Under the pieces are notes generated by a model that worked only from the letters and a program-made list of their open reading frames with translations, made no database searches and was not told the origin of the DNA. A stretch of DNA of 64,000 nucleotides, taken from contig CBDEUS010000002.1 in assembly GCA_965243395.1 (NCBI GenBank), forward strand, positions 96,001-160,000. Direction: 5' to 3'. Made by a program: the position numbers and the translations under genes. The stretch's first letter is position 1, and the number at the start of each line of letters is the position of its first letter. Of the stretch, positions 21,478 through 32,462 are shown one piece after another. Source of the stretch: Gammaproteobacteria bacterium (GTDB lineage Bacteria; Pseudomonadota; Gammaproteobacteria; UBA4575).

Positions 21478-21505
21478 ATTCTACATTTACATAATGCCAA
21501 GTCAA
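21478..21505 (-). promoter_or_regulatory. sigma70-like promoter with GC-rich discriminator
   Basis: TTGACT-N16-TAGAAT-TCGCGCC-ATG. Confidence 0.7.
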
Positions 21506-21590
21506 TAGGATTTTCAAAATATTTAAATAAATATGGACGAGTGGTTAGTCAATTTTGACAGTAGAGTTACATATAAAAGTAATTGGTGTT

Positions 21591-21715
21591 TTAAACGATG
21601 TGAAAAATTTCGGATCTATATGTGTGATCCCCATCAACTTTAACATCTTCCAATGCTCCCTTAGCCAAATCTATATCCGCTTGGCTATTTTCTATTAAAT
21701 TATTCTTTCTGATAG
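21591..21715 (-). pseudogene. Possible remnant of a response-regulator receiver domain
   Basis: Startless frame LIENSQADIDLAKGALEDVKV resembles a receiver N-terminus; follows the kinase gene. Confidence 0.3.
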
Positions 21716-21763
21716 ATAGCCCATATCAATATCAGTTATATATTAGGTTTTTTTAAGTTATTG

Positions 21764-23743
21764 TTAGGCAGCAATACTATTAATATTTTCTACAGTATAT
21801 CGATCATCAATTGGCAAAGTAAAAATAAATGTAGATCCTTCGTTTGGTTTTGATTCTAATGTGATTTTTCCCCCATGTCGCTCAACTATTTTCTTACAAA
21901 TAGACAATCCAATCCCTGTGCCAGGATATTTATCTCGTGTGTGTAATCGCTCAAATATTAAGAATATTTTTTCATGATGTTTTTCTTCTATACCAACACC
22001 ATTGTCTGTTATATAAAACTTCCAATATTCAGATTCTTTGCATGCTTTTATGTGGATTTTTGGTGGCTTACTGAGATTATACTTAATGGCATTACTTATA
22101 ATATTTTGAAAAACAGTTTTTATTTGCACTGGATCAGCGTAAATAGTTGGCATTTCATCCCATGAAATCAAAGAATATGTTTCATTAATTTTAATTTTCA
22201 GATCATTTTTAATCTGACGCAAAATTTTCTCAATCCATATGGATTCCTTTGGTGTATTTTGTGTATCTACACGAGAAAACTTTAATAACCCGTCAATTAG
22301 TGATTCCATTCTTGAGCAACCTGATAGAACATAATCAATGAATTTATCCGCATCTTTATCTAATTCATTTGAATATCGTTTTGATAATAACTTTGAATAA
22401 CTGCTTATAGCTCGTAATGGTTCTTGCAAGTCATGAGAGGCTACATAAGCAAATAAACTAAGATCTTCATTTGACCTTTTCAGCAATATTGATTGTTTTC
22501 TTAACTTCTCGTTTATAACTTTTCGTTCTGAAATTTGATTTTTTAATGTATCTAGTGCAAGAGATAACTTCGAAAATTCATCATTACCCGAGGTGTCGAT
22601 CTCAAAGTTTAAATTTTCTTTAGATAACATGTTTGTCACATCAGATAAATTTGAGAGTCTCAATACAATATCTTTATAAACAAATTTAACTATAATGAAT
22701 ATGAAAATAATAATTGATAAAAGAGCAATTAAATAAAAAATATACTTGCTAGTTAAAATTGTATTACTTAAAGTATTTGCTGAATTTTCAGTACTATCTT
22801 TTACAGATTCACTCAATTGATTTACATTTTCATTTATTTTTTTTGTCAATAAGAAATTTTCTCCGTGAATTTCGTATACTTTTTTATGTGTATTAATTAA
22901 ATTTAGTTTTAATTCAAATATGTCAGGTGTATCTTGCCCATATTTAATTAATGTTAAGATGTGTTTGCCTAATACATCTTGTAGCTGAAGCTCTTTATTG
23001 CTCACAACTTCTCTGGTAATCGCCCTCAGCGAATGATCAAATTCCTGCTCAATTCCTAAAACACTATTCCGAGTACTAGCCTCGTCAATCACTATCAAGT
23101 CTTTACGCAATTCAGCAGATCTGGCTATTAAATCAGAAATAACTTCAAGATTTAAAATGCTAGTCGTTGTATATTTCTCATATTCCTTTTTATTACGTAT
23201 TTCCTTTGTATGCTCAGAAATATCTGCTTTTACATTAATTTTCTTTAGTGATATTAATTGAGTTAATTTTTCTAATGCTTCACGCATCAAAATTGTTTCA
23301 TTATTATAATTAATTTGACGTTGTAAATTACTAGCTAACGCATTGTATTCAAGATTCAAATTAACTTCCAAGATAAGTAGCGTAGATTTTACATTTTTAA
23401 TTATTTCACTATATTGCAAATTATTTTTTAAGCCCTCAAGTTCGATATGCATATTATGAATAGATTCAAAAGATTCATCTGTTCTTGTATTTAATTCATA
23501 TATTGTTTTTGATTCACTCATTTTGATAGTTGACTGTGCAAGATCATGTGCATACGTAGACATGGTATTTACACTAACAAGCGCGGGGATAGAAGAATCA
23601 GTTAATGCATATTTAGATTCTTCAATTTTACGCAATATTACACTTGAAATAATTACAGTAATAATAACTAAAAATAATCCTATTGAAAAAAATAGGATTA
23701 GCTTTTGACTAATCTCAAAAGAATTAAACTTATTTAAAAGCAT
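21764..23743 (-). CDS. Membrane sensor histidine kinase (periplasmic sensor, HAMP, HisKA, HATPase)
   Basis: ASHDLQEPLR H-box, NAIKY, DNGVG, GTGIGL; 2 TM. Confidence 0.92.
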   Translation of the reverse strand: MLLNKFNSFEISQKLILFFSIGLFLVIITVIISSVILRKIEESKYALTDSSIPALVSVNTMSTYAHDLAQSTIKMSESKTIYELNTRTDESFESIHNMHIELEGLKNNLQYSEIIKNVKSTLLILEVNLNLEYNALASNLQRQINYNNETILMREALEKLTQLISLKKINVKADISEHTKEIRNKKEYEKYTTTSILNLEVISDLIARSAELRKDLIVIDEASTRNSVLGIEQEFDHSLRAITREVVSNKELQLQDVLGKHILTLIKYGQDTPDIFELKLNLINTHKKVYEIHGENFLLTKKINENVNQLSESVKDSTENSANTLSNTILTSKYIFYLIALLSIIIFIFIIVKFVYKDIVLRLSNLSDVTNMLSKENLNFEIDTSGNDEFSKLSLALDTLKNQISERKVINEKLRKQSILLKRSNEDLSLFAYVASHDLQEPLRAISSYSKLLSKRYSNELDKDADKFIDYVLSGCSRMESLIDGLLKFSRVDTQNTPKESIWIEKILRQIKNDLKIKINETYSLISWDEMPTIYADPVQIKTVFQNIISNAIKYNLSKPPKIHIKACKESEYWKFYITDNGVGIEEKHHEKIFLIFERLHTRDKYPGTGIGLSICKKIVERHGGKITLESKPNEGSTFIFTLPIDDRYTVENINSIAA

Positions 23744-23950
23744 ATTAAAGAAAATACGAAAAGTGCCGACATACAGTGTACTTGCTTATAACTAAATTAC
23801 ATTGCTGCAAACCGATCGCGGAATAATGAAACAAAGTGTTTTCAAACTTGCACACAAATCCCTTGTATAAATATTTGAGTAGAAATTAAATTAGCCTTAA
23901 AAACTATAGACTATATAACGGCAATGAGTGTGAAAAATTGAGGTGGGAAA

Positions 23951-25426
23951 ATGAAATATAGCTTTTCAAAAAGTCGTCGAAATTTGATCAAAAATACTGT
24001 CTACGCAACAATAGCTTCGCAATTTTCATCTAATGCACTATTTGCAAGGTCTAACCAAGCTAAATTCATGCTTGAGAATTTAGATTCACAAATAGTAGAA
24101 CGGGTTAAAAAGATGACAAACGGTAAAGCGTTATCTTTATCAATTTTACAACCTAAAGGCTCGCTAGGAAATGTTAAACCTGTTGGGGATAAATTTTCAC
24201 AACTAACAGGAGTAAAGGTAAATTATATTGAAGCATCACTTGATGAAATAAATGTAAAGATACTATCTCAATCACTCTCTAATGAAACATATTTTGACAT
24301 ATCTCTTCCTGCTACTTTTGGATTACCTGATTTAATAGAAGCAGGTTCAATACGAGAATTAGATGAATTCGTTGAGAAATATGAACCGACTAATTTTGAT
24401 AGTGAAATGCTTTATCCTATTGGGGATTCCTATAAAGGTAAATTTTATGGATACCAAACTGATGGTGATACCTATTTAATGTTTTATAACAAAGTTTGGT
24501 TAGAAGATGAAACAGAACAAAATAATTTCTATGAAAAATATGGTTACCCGCTAGACACCCCTCAGACATGGGAACAACTTGATCAAATGATCGAATTTTT
24601 CCATCGGCCAGAGAAAAATATGTATGGTGGTGCTTTATATCGAAATAAAGATTACATTGCATGGGAATGGTGGACACGTTTTCACGCAAAAGGATATTAT
24701 CCTTTTAATAATTTGCTACAACCACAAATTAACACACAAGAAGGTGTTGACGCTCTTTCAGAATTAATTAAAACAACAAAATACTTATACCCTCAATCTA
24801 AAACGAATGGACTCTTTGAAAATTGGGAAGCATTTGCAGAAGGAAATATGTTTTGCAACATTGGCTGGGGAGGAACTCAAAAGTACTTAAATGGACCTAA
24901 ATCTAAAATTAAAGGTAAATTAGCTTTTGGACCTACTCCGGGTGGGATCGTAAATCATAAATTGCTGCATACCCCTTATTTCAACTGGGGATGGAATTAC
25001 ACAGTATCCAATTTTTCAAGACATCCTGAGATTGCATATTTATTTACGCTTTATGCATGCAGCCCGAATATGTCTACAGAGGCTGTTAAATTTGCGGATG
25101 GTTATTTTGACCCATTTCGCAGCGAACATTACGTTAACAAAGAAATTATCAAAACCTACTCTGAGCCATTTTTAGCTGCACATAAATTTAGTATGGAGAA
25201 TAGCATTCCTGATTTATATCTCTCAGGACAAGGAGAATATTGGGACATACTAAAAGAAAACATTGATCTAGCAGACCGTGGCACTCTTAGTCCCGAAATA
25301 GCATTAAATACAACGGCTAAAGCATGGAATCAAATTACTTCACGATATGGTAAACAAGAACAGTTAGAACAGTGGCGTTTCTTAAAAAGTAAGTATCCAG
25401 AAAATATAAGAACTAAACTAATTTAG
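23951..25426 (+). CDS. Extracellular solute-binding protein, Tat-like signal
   Basis: SRRNLIK twin-arginine, TPQTWEQL, sugar-SBP-like motifs. Confidence 0.82.
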   Translation: MKYSFSKSRRNLIKNTVYATIASQFSSNALFARSNQAKFMLENLDSQIVERVKKMTNGKALSLSILQPKGSLGNVKPVGDKFSQLTGVKVNYIEASLDEINVKILSQSLSNETYFDISLPATFGLPDLIEAGSIRELDEFVEKYEPTNFDSEMLYPIGDSYKGKFYGYQTDGDTYLMFYNKVWLEDETEQNNFYEKYGYPLDTPQTWEQLDQMIEFFHRPEKNMYGGALYRNKDYIAWEWWTRFHAKGYYPFNNLLQPQINTQEGVDALSELIKTTKYLYPQSKTNGLFENWEAFAEGNMFCNIGWGGTQKYLNGPKSKIKGKLAFGPTPGGIVNHKLLHTPYFNWGWNYTVSNFSRHPEIAYLFTLYACSPNMSTEAVKFADGYFDPFRSEHYVNKEIIKTYSEPFLAAHKFSMENSIPDLYLSGQGEYWDILKENIDLADRGTLSPEIALNTTAKAWNQITSRYGKQEQLEQWRFLKSKYPENIRTKLI

Positions 25427-25447
25427 TCCAGTAACTTTCAAATTTAA

Positions 25448-25492
25448 TGGTAGCCAGCGGCAGAATCGAACTGCCGACATGAGGATTTTCAG
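25448..25492 (-). repeat. Degenerate 3' half of tRNA-Phe (att-site remnant)
   Basis: 42/45 identical to 58860-58904; runs from anticodon loop CTGAAAA to CCA. Confidence 0.85.
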
Positions 25493-25953
25493 AATCACCC
25501 GAAATTATTCTCATCTAATAATACCAGTTTCCTCAATCTCAATTATGTGGATAAGAGTATCACCAAACAGCTTTGCACTTTGTCAGTACATGTGTATGCG
25601 CGTGTTAGATGTCACTATTAACAATGGTATATAACAGAGAAGCAACAGCCACGTACAACTAAGCAGTAGCTATCACATTTGAGTAAAAAGCTCTTTTGGA
25701 AGTTTTATCGTTCTCTGCTTTTGCATGCTTAGTACCCATATGAGCTGTAAGAGCTAGATCATATGCTCTTATATTACTTTACAAATTTTATTTACGTAAA
25801 AGTATGTTCATCGTTAAAAAATGTCCGTTTATTTCTAAAACGATGCCATATAACTCTATTTGGCTGGTGAATTATGACTCTACAAGAAGAATAAATTTTT
25901 ATTCGTTCCTGCCGATAAATTCTTAATTCAATTTACTTTCTAGCAACAACACA

Positions 25954-27423
25954 ATGAATACAATCAAACTTATTGCTTTATCACTTTTTTCTTTATTTAT
26001 TCTATTTCCTTTTAATGCGTACGCAGCAACTGCATCACATGAAATACAAAATTTTACGACGCACTGGGCTGGAATTCTTGCATTAGTTATATTTGCAATT
26101 TCTTATTCTCTGGTAATTTTTGAAGAGCAATTACACTTAAGAAAATCCAAACCAGTACTTGTTTCTGCCGGTATAGTTTGGCTAATAGTTGCACTTGTAT
26201 ACATATCACATGGAGACACTCATACAGCTGAAGTATTAGTTCGTCATAATATTCTTGAGTTTGCAGAGTTGTTTTTATTCTTACTCGCTGCAATGACATT
26301 TATTAATACAATGTACGAGCGGGGGATATTTGACTGGCTGCGTGCATGGATGTTGAAAAAAGGATTTAGTCTACGAGGTGTGTTTTGGGCAACAGGTGTT
26401 GTTTCATTTTTCCTTTCACCCATAGCGGATAACCTTACAACAGCTTTACTTATGGCCACCGTCGCCATGGCTGTGGGTGGCACCAATATCAAGTTCACAA
26501 GTATCGCTTGTGTCAATATTGTCGTTGCCGCAAATGCCGGTGGTGCATTCAGCCCATTTGGTGATATCACCACATTAATGGTTTGGCAAAAAGGAATCGT
26601 TGAGTTCCAAGAGTTCTTTGTATTATTCATTCCATCAGTGGTGAATTGGATAATACCTGCAGTAATTTTAAGTTTCTTCATTTCTAACTCAAAACCAGAA
26701 AGTGTTCATAAAGAAGTCGTACTACGACAAGGTGCATGGATTGTAGTAATTTTATTTTTACTAACGATTGCAATGGCTGTATGCACACATAACTTCTTAC
26801 ACCTCCCTCCTGTCCTCGGCATGATGACAGGCTTAGGAATACTCAAGTTTTTTGGGTATTACTTAAAAATGACAGACAAAGACTCATTTGAAGGAGAAGG
26901 AATTGATGAGATTGAAGACGAAGCACTAGATATTGAAGATGATGCGACACCAGTAGAATATGAACAAAAAAGACTGCATGAAAAATTTGATATATTCAAA
27001 TCGATAGAACGTGCCGAGTGGGACACCCTCATGTTTTTTTACGGTGTTATTTTAAGCGTAGGTGGATTGGGTGCACTGGGTTACATGGCGCTAGGATCCG
27101 AATTAATGTATGAAGGGTTAGGTGCTACGAATGCAAATATTCTTGTAGGTTTCCTTTCTGCATTATTCGACAACATCCCAGTGATGTTTGCGGTACTCGC
27201 CATGGAACCGGCAATGAGCCATGGTCAATGGCTGCTTGTAACTTTAACCGCCGGTGTCGGTGGCTCTATGCTTTCTATTGGGTCGGCTGCAGGCGTTGCC
27301 GTAATGGGACAAGCACGCGGAATTTATACATTCTTTGCACATTTGAAATGGTCTTGGGCCATAGCACTCGGTTATGCCGCAAGTATATGGACACATTTTC
27401 TAGTGAATGGAAATTTATTTTAG
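25954..27423 (+). CDS. nhaD: Na+/H+ antiporter NhaD family
   Basis: LRKSKPV, SPIADNLTTALL, ANAGGAFSPFGDITT. Confidence 0.92.
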   Translation: MNTIKLIALSLFSLFILFPFNAYAATASHEIQNFTTHWAGILALVIFAISYSLVIFEEQLHLRKSKPVLVSAGIVWLIVALVYISHGDTHTAEVLVRHNILEFAELFLFLLAAMTFINTMYERGIFDWLRAWMLKKGFSLRGVFWATGVVSFFLSPIADNLTTALLMATVAMAVGGTNIKFTSIACVNIVVAANAGGAFSPFGDITTLMVWQKGIVEFQEFFVLFIPSVVNWIIPAVILSFFISNSKPESVHKEVVLRQGAWIVVILFLLTIAMAVCTHNFLHLPPVLGMMTGLGILKFFGYYLKMTDKDSFEGEGIDEIEDEALDIEDDATPVEYEQKRLHEKFDIFKSIERAEWDTLMFFYGVILSVGGLGALGYMALGSELMYEGLGATNANILVGFLSALFDNIPVMFAVLAMEPAMSHGQWLLVTLTAGVGGSMLSIGSAAGVAVMGQARGIYTFFAHLKWSWAIALGYAASIWTHFLVNGNLF

Positions 27424-27441
27424 CGATTAAAATTAATACTA

Positions 27442-28248
27442 ATGGTTAATCTAGATAATAATATTAAGAAAAAGAAGCTGAGTAAAAAATACTACCAAAA
27501 AGAATTACTACACTTACAAAAAGAACTCATCAAATTACAAGAATGGGTAAAACAAGAAAAATTACGTGTAGTAGTAGTATTTGAAGGACGCGATGCTGCG
27601 GGTAAAGGCGGTGTAATTAAACGCATTATGCAACACCTAAACCCACGTATATGTCATATTGTTGCACTCGGCACCCCTAGCGATCGTGAACGCAGTCAGT
27701 GGTATTTTCAACGCTATGTTGCGCATCTTCCTGCTGCCGGAGAAATCATGCTATTTGATCGCAGCTGGTACAACCGTGCAGGTGTGGAACGCGTAATGGA
27801 GTTTTGTAATGATGATGAATATTGGCAGTTTTTACGCGACTGTCCTCAGTTTGAAAGAATGTTAATTCAATCTGGCATCATTCTTCGAAAATATTGGTTC
27901 TCGGTCAGCAACGAAGAACAAGAACGTCGTTTTCAAGCAAGAAATAATGAGCCAACTAAACGCTGGAAACTCAGCCCAATGGATATTGAAGCACGCAACC
28001 GGTGGAATGACTATTCACGCGCCAAAGACATTATGTTCGATCATACAGATATTCGTGAAGCACCTTGGCATATTGTTGATGCAGATAATAAAAAACGTGC
28101 ACGTCTAAATTGTATAAGCCATCTACTTAGTTCAATTGACTACAAAGATCTAACACCAAAAGTGTCTAAGCTACCGACACGCGTTATAAAGAACAACTAT
28201 GTCCGTGCACCTATAAATAAAAATAATCTTGTTGACCAAGGTTATTAA
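27442..28248 (+). CDS. ppk2: Polyphosphate kinase 2
   Basis: FEGRDAAGKGG, FDRSWYNRAGVERVM. Confidence 0.95.
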   Translation: MVNLDNNIKKKKLSKKYYQKELLHLQKELIKLQEWVKQEKLRVVVVFEGRDAAGKGGVIKRIMQHLNPRICHIVALGTPSDRERSQWYFQRYVAHLPAAGEIMLFDRSWYNRAGVERVMEFCNDDEYWQFLRDCPQFERMLIQSGIILRKYWFSVSNEEQERRFQARNNEPTKRWKLSPMDIEARNRWNDYSRAKDIMFDHTDIREAPWHIVDADNKKRARLNCISHLLSSIDYKDLTPKVSKLPTRVIKNNYVRAPINKNNLVDQGY

Positions 28249-28481
28249 CTTTTTTAGATCAAACTTTTGGATGTCAGTGTTTAAGCTGAAATGTTAACTC
28301 TTCTTTTAATTGCGAATAGAAGATCTTCTATCCTCTATTCCTGAGTATATTGATAAGGGGAACACCAATCCTCATAGCTCTATGTGCTAAAAGATGACAC
28401 ATAGAGCTTATTGAATAGTAGCATTTGAATCTTACATAAAATGTATAAGCAGTAAGCTGCATAAGACTAAATAAAAATTAT

Positions 28482-30251
28482 TTAATCGCTATGGTTTTCG
28501 CCATTAGTTACTTTTTGTTTTCTTGCTAGCGATTGCGTAAGTCCATTTAGACTTTCACCATCAATACCAATTTCACTTAACAAGGAATCAACAATTGGGG
28601 ACTGCACTTTATATTTAAGCGCACTGTTTACGACTTGGTCTGCAAGATTGGAGTCATCACCTTTACCTGTCCCAGATGACCCATTCCCATTTCCACCACT
28701 ACCGATAGAATTTAAACCATCAATTTGCATGATTTTAATTCCATCAATTTGTTCCATTGGTTTAACACTTTCACGAATGATGTCTGGCATATGTTTAACA
28801 ATTGCCATTTTCACCTGCATTTCAATTTGCTCTGCAGATAAAATATTACTTGCTTCATTGATAGAACGCTTACCTTCTGCATCGACCATATAGCGCATTT
28901 TGGCGGCATCAGCAGCAAGCTTTTCAGCATCTGCTGCACCTTGTGCCTCTATTCTTGCGCTATCTGAATCACCGACTGCTAGAGTTCGTACTGCCTCTGC
29001 CTTATCTTCGGCAGCTTGCTTTTCCGCCTCAGCAGCAACTGTGACAGTAATTGCTTCACGTTCTGCAATCTTTCTAGCTTCAATTAATTCGATTTGTTTT
29101 TGTCGATCTGCAATTTCCTGTTCTTGTGCTGTAACTACTCGCTCTTCTTCTTTTACGGCTTCTGCCCGTGCAATAGAGGCAGCAGCTTCGGCTTCAGATG
29201 TTTCCCTGGATTTCTCAGCAATCACAATAGCCCGATCTTGCTCGGCAAGTTCAACAGTTTTTATCTTATCGATGTCAGTAGTTTCAATTGCTTTGGCTTT
29301 TTGAATATCTTTTTCTTTGATTTGTCTATCTTTCTCGATTCTTTCTTCTTCAACAGCTCGTTCAGCAAGAATATTTGCTAAGTCTATTTTTTGTTGGGCA
29401 GTAATTTGTGCTTCTTCAGCTTCACGTTTTTTTCTAGCTTGTTCTGAAGCAATTTCCGCAGACTGGGCGGCTCTTTGTATTTCAATTTCACGCTGTTGTT
29501 CTAATCTTGCATATTCTTCTTCTTTACCAATTTCAAGCTTTTGTCTTTCAGCCTCAAGATCCTTAGTTTTTATAGCAACCATAGTATCTTGCTCTATTTC
29601 GTTCCTGCGCTTTTTACGTACTTCAATTTCTTCTGTAAGTTTTGTGAGACCCTCTGCATCAAATGCATTGTTAGGATTAAAATACTCTTTGCTTGTTTGG
29701 TCTAATCCAGTCAATGAGACAGCCTCTAATTCTAAACCGTTTTTAAGTAAGTCTTCTGATACTACTTGTTGCACTTTTTGAACAAAGTCCACACGTTGTT
29801 CATGTAACTCTGTCATCGCCATTTCGGCCGCAACAGCTCGCAATGCATCAACAAACTTACCTTCTACTAAATCTCTCAATGAGTCTGGCTTCATCGTGCG
29901 TAAACCAAGAGTTTGTGCAGCATAAGCTATAGATTCTTGATTTGGCTTAACACGAACATAGAACTCTGCTAACACGTCTACTCTCATTCTATCTCTTGTA
30001 ATCAATGCTTGTTCATTTGCGCGTCTTACTTCTAAGCGCAAAGTATTCATGTTAACGGGAATGATTTCATGGAGAACTGGAAACACTAATGCACCTCCAT
30101 TCATTACAACCTTTTGGCCGCCAAAACCTGTTCGCACAAAAGATACTTCTTTTGATGATCTTTTATATAAGCGCGCAAAAATTAAACCAATTGCAAAAAA
30201 AGCAAAAAGAATTATTCCCGCATAAATAACAATGTCATATAGTTGATACAT
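28482..30251 (-). CDS. Flotillin-like SPFH protein (YqiK family)
   Basis: N-terminal TM, SPFH domain, long AEA-rich coiled coil. Confidence 0.9.
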   Translation of the reverse strand: MYQLYDIVIYAGIILFAFFAIGLIFARLYKRSSKEVSFVRTGFGGQKVVMNGGALVFPVLHEIIPVNMNTLRLEVRRANEQALITRDRMRVDVLAEFYVRVKPNQESIAYAAQTLGLRTMKPDSLRDLVEGKFVDALRAVAAEMAMTELHEQRVDFVQKVQQVVSEDLLKNGLELEAVSLTGLDQTSKEYFNPNNAFDAEGLTKLTEEIEVRKKRRNEIEQDTMVAIKTKDLEAERQKLEIGKEEEYARLEQQREIEIQRAAQSAEIASEQARKKREAEEAQITAQQKIDLANILAERAVEEERIEKDRQIKEKDIQKAKAIETTDIDKIKTVELAEQDRAIVIAEKSRETSEAEAAASIARAEAVKEEERVVTAQEQEIADRQKQIELIEARKIAEREAITVTVAAEAEKQAAEDKAEAVRTLAVGDSDSARIEAQGAADAEKLAADAAKMRYMVDAEGKRSINEASNILSAEQIEMQVKMAIVKHMPDIIRESVKPMEQIDGIKIMQIDGLNSIGSGGNGNGSSGTGKGDDSNLADQVVNSALKYKVQSPIVDSLLSEIGIDGESLNGLTQSLARKQKVTNGENHSD

Positions 30252-30264
30252 ATAATGCCCCTTA

Positions 30265-30921
30265 TCAATTTTCGAGAGATTTGTTCGGATTGCGAATTAC
30301 TTTAAAAACACTTCCTGATTTACTTACTATTAGTACTTTTTCACCTTGACTAATTGATTCATCACCATTGTCAGGCTCAACCATTACGTAATGTGTTTGG
30401 TTGTGAGAATCAATGAGCTTAGCCTCAGCTGGTGAACCTTTTTTTGCTGAGCCTAATGTTATTGTTGCTACTCTTCCTTTAAATGAATCTACTGATACAG
30501 CTTCAGTTTCATCTCTAGGCATAATCTTATTAATCAAACCGCCAAAAACTCTCATGCATGGTAATGCACCTAATACAGCTGGGATTGAAGCAAGTGGGCT
30601 TGGTAACAAGTGACCTGTCATTCCAATAGCACCCTTTTGAATAATTAATCCAATTAAACCAAAAGCGGTCAAAAAGACTATTAATAAAACTAAAAATGGC
30701 ACTTCTCCAATTCTTAACCATCCCAAGAAGTGTGATAACGTAGTGTTAGAATCTAAATTTGGACCATCAATATCGAAATCCATATCTGGTAACATAGATT
30801 CGAGAACGTTAGAAATCCCTAGACCAATTAATGCACCAACACCTTCTAAGGCAGCAATAAAAATCATTACTGCAATTGATACAGTAAAAGGAAGATTTTG
30901 AGCTTCTAGAAAAAAGTCCAT
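30265..30921 (-). CDS. YqiJ/NfeD-like membrane protein
   Basis: WLRIGEVPFLVLL, C-terminal OB-like HYVMVEP; upstream of flotillin. Confidence 0.85.
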   Translation of the reverse strand: MDFFLEAQNLPFTVSIAVMIFIAALEGVGALIGLGISNVLESMLPDMDFDIDGPNLDSNTTLSHFLGWLRIGEVPFLVLLIVFLTAFGLIGLIIQKGAIGMTGHLLPSPLASIPAVLGALPCMRVFGGLINKIMPRDETEAVSVDSFKGRVATITLGSAKKGSPAEAKLIDSHNQTHYVMVEPDNGDESISQGEKVLIVSKSGSVFKVIRNPNKSLEN

Positions 30922-30936
30922 TTAAACCTTCTTCTC

Positions 30937-31623
30937 TTAGCCTTTTTTCTCAGCCTTAATTTTTGCCAAACGTTCTTTTATTCGATTTTGATGACTTAAT
31001 TTATCAAGCTCTGCTATTTGTGCTGCAGTCTTTGTATCGGTAGTGCTTGATGAAGATGGTCCAATCCCGGTTCCTTTTTCCATAATTCGATCAAACGCTT
31101 CTTGAGCCTTCTCAACTTTTGCAACTACATCAGAGGAGCCGCTAATAGTTTTTCCATCTTCTTGCTTGGTTACAGTTTGCTTTCTACTTTCAACAAAGCT
31201 TCGAAGCTCTTCCCTCATCTCACGCTTTTTAGCTTTCAAAGCAACAATATATCCTTCAAGCTCTTTTTCGCTTTCTGTTGCTTCAGTAATGCTTTTTTCT
31301 AATACTGGAATTTGTGCTTCAATATTTATCTGTTGTGCAATAGCTGCTTCTGCAAGATCATCACGCCCTTCATTAACAGCAAATTCAATTTTTTCAGATA
31401 AATCTTCATATTTTTTGTTTTCTTCCATCATTCTTTTATTCGCTAAATGACGGTTGGCTACTACAGTTCCTAATTCAGAGCGCACATCATATATTGCGCT
31501 GTCTATTTCTCTAATCGCTTCTTCCATCACTAGGTCTGGTGCAGAATTCTCTATAGAGTCAATGATTGCATTGATCCCACCACTCAAAATTCGCCCAACA
31601 CGTGAACTAATACTTTCGCTCAT
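30937..31623 (-). CDS. PspA/IM30 family protein
   Basis: Coiled coil, GRDDLAEAAI. Confidence 0.85.
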   Translation of the reverse strand: MSESISSRVGRILSGGINAIIDSIENSAPDLVMEEAIREIDSAIYDVRSELGTVVANRHLANKRMMEENKKYEDLSEKIEFAVNEGRDDLAEAAIAQQINIEAQIPVLEKSITEATESEKELEGYIVALKAKKREMREELRSFVESRKQTVTKQEDGKTISGSSDVVAKVEKAQEAFDRIMEKGTGIGPSSSSTTDTKTAAQIAELDKLSHQNRIKERLAKIKAEKKG

Positions 31624-31625
31624 TA

Positions 31626-32132
31626 CTATGTCTCCTTAATTAACTTCGTTTCATTGTCTAGCAAGCGTAATAGCTGTATGTATGTATTAAGCTTGTTTCT
31701 AAATATATTCTTTCGAGTAGTATTCGTACTTTGAATAACACCAAGATGAATCGTCCTCTCGAATAATCTTGATACCCGCTCCATCAATTCATTTTCAAAT
31801 TCTTGACAACTTAATATGTTTTCCACATTTCTACCTGATGAAATGAAGTAAGCTAATATTTCTGCTATTGAATCTCGAATAGGCTCTATAACTTGTGAGT
31901 AAGTGTTTTCATCATGCTGAACCTGTTTTATTTGCCTCGATATAGGTAGTAAATAGTTCTCAATATTCGTCAGCACTTCACTGTAGTCACTACCGCTCAG
32001 ATCAGATTTTCGTTTCTCTTTTATTATCGCTCGAATTTTGTCACTTGGTGTTTTAGCACCTTCGATATCCAAATTAGCAATAAACTCAGCGTCTTCATGC
32101 GAAATTCGCACGCTTAGTGGAATAGTCTTCAT
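31626..32132 (-). CDS. Putative ribbon-helix-helix-type regulator of the pspA-flotillin operon
   Basis: N-terminal LSVRISHEDAEF...PSDKIRAII; first gene of the operon. Confidence 0.55.
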   Translation of the reverse strand: MKTIPLSVRISHEDAEFIANLDIEGAKTPSDKIRAIIKEKRKSDLSGSDYSEVLTNIENYLLPISRQIKQVQHDENTYSQVIEPIRDSIAEILAYFISSGRNVENILSCQEFENELMERVSRLFERTIHLGVIQSTNTTRKNIFRNKLNTYIQLLRLLDNETKLIKET

Positions 32133-32165
32133 TTACAGTAAACATGTGTATTCAAATAAATACCT

Positions 32166-32193
32166 ATTGTATACATATGTATACATTTGTCAA
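32166..32193 (-). promoter_or_regulatory. sigma70 promoter overlapped by an 18-bp palindromic operator
   Basis: TTGACA-N16-TACAAT with perfect palindrome TGTATACATATGTATACA (32168-32185). Confidence 0.75.
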
Positions 32194-32462
32194 CAAATAT
32201 CATATGGGTACAACAAACCACAATAATACAAATAGTTACAAATTATCTAAATAGCTAAAAATGACGCTCGACTGGAATTATTAAGTCTCTATCAGTTTTT
32301 GATCACACTGCAAAGACGGATATTGAGAAATAAACATTAAAAATTTGAGTAGATTAAGGGAGATGTACTCCTCTAATCACCTCAGAATTGGCGTATTGAT
32401 AACGACTAGTTAGTGAATACCACTTATCTGGATAAGAATATCCACCTAATTTCCACCAAATT

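Noticed and set aside
28648-29781. Long plus-strand Ser/Ala-rich ORFs
   Set aside because: Antisense shadows of the flotillin coiled coil.
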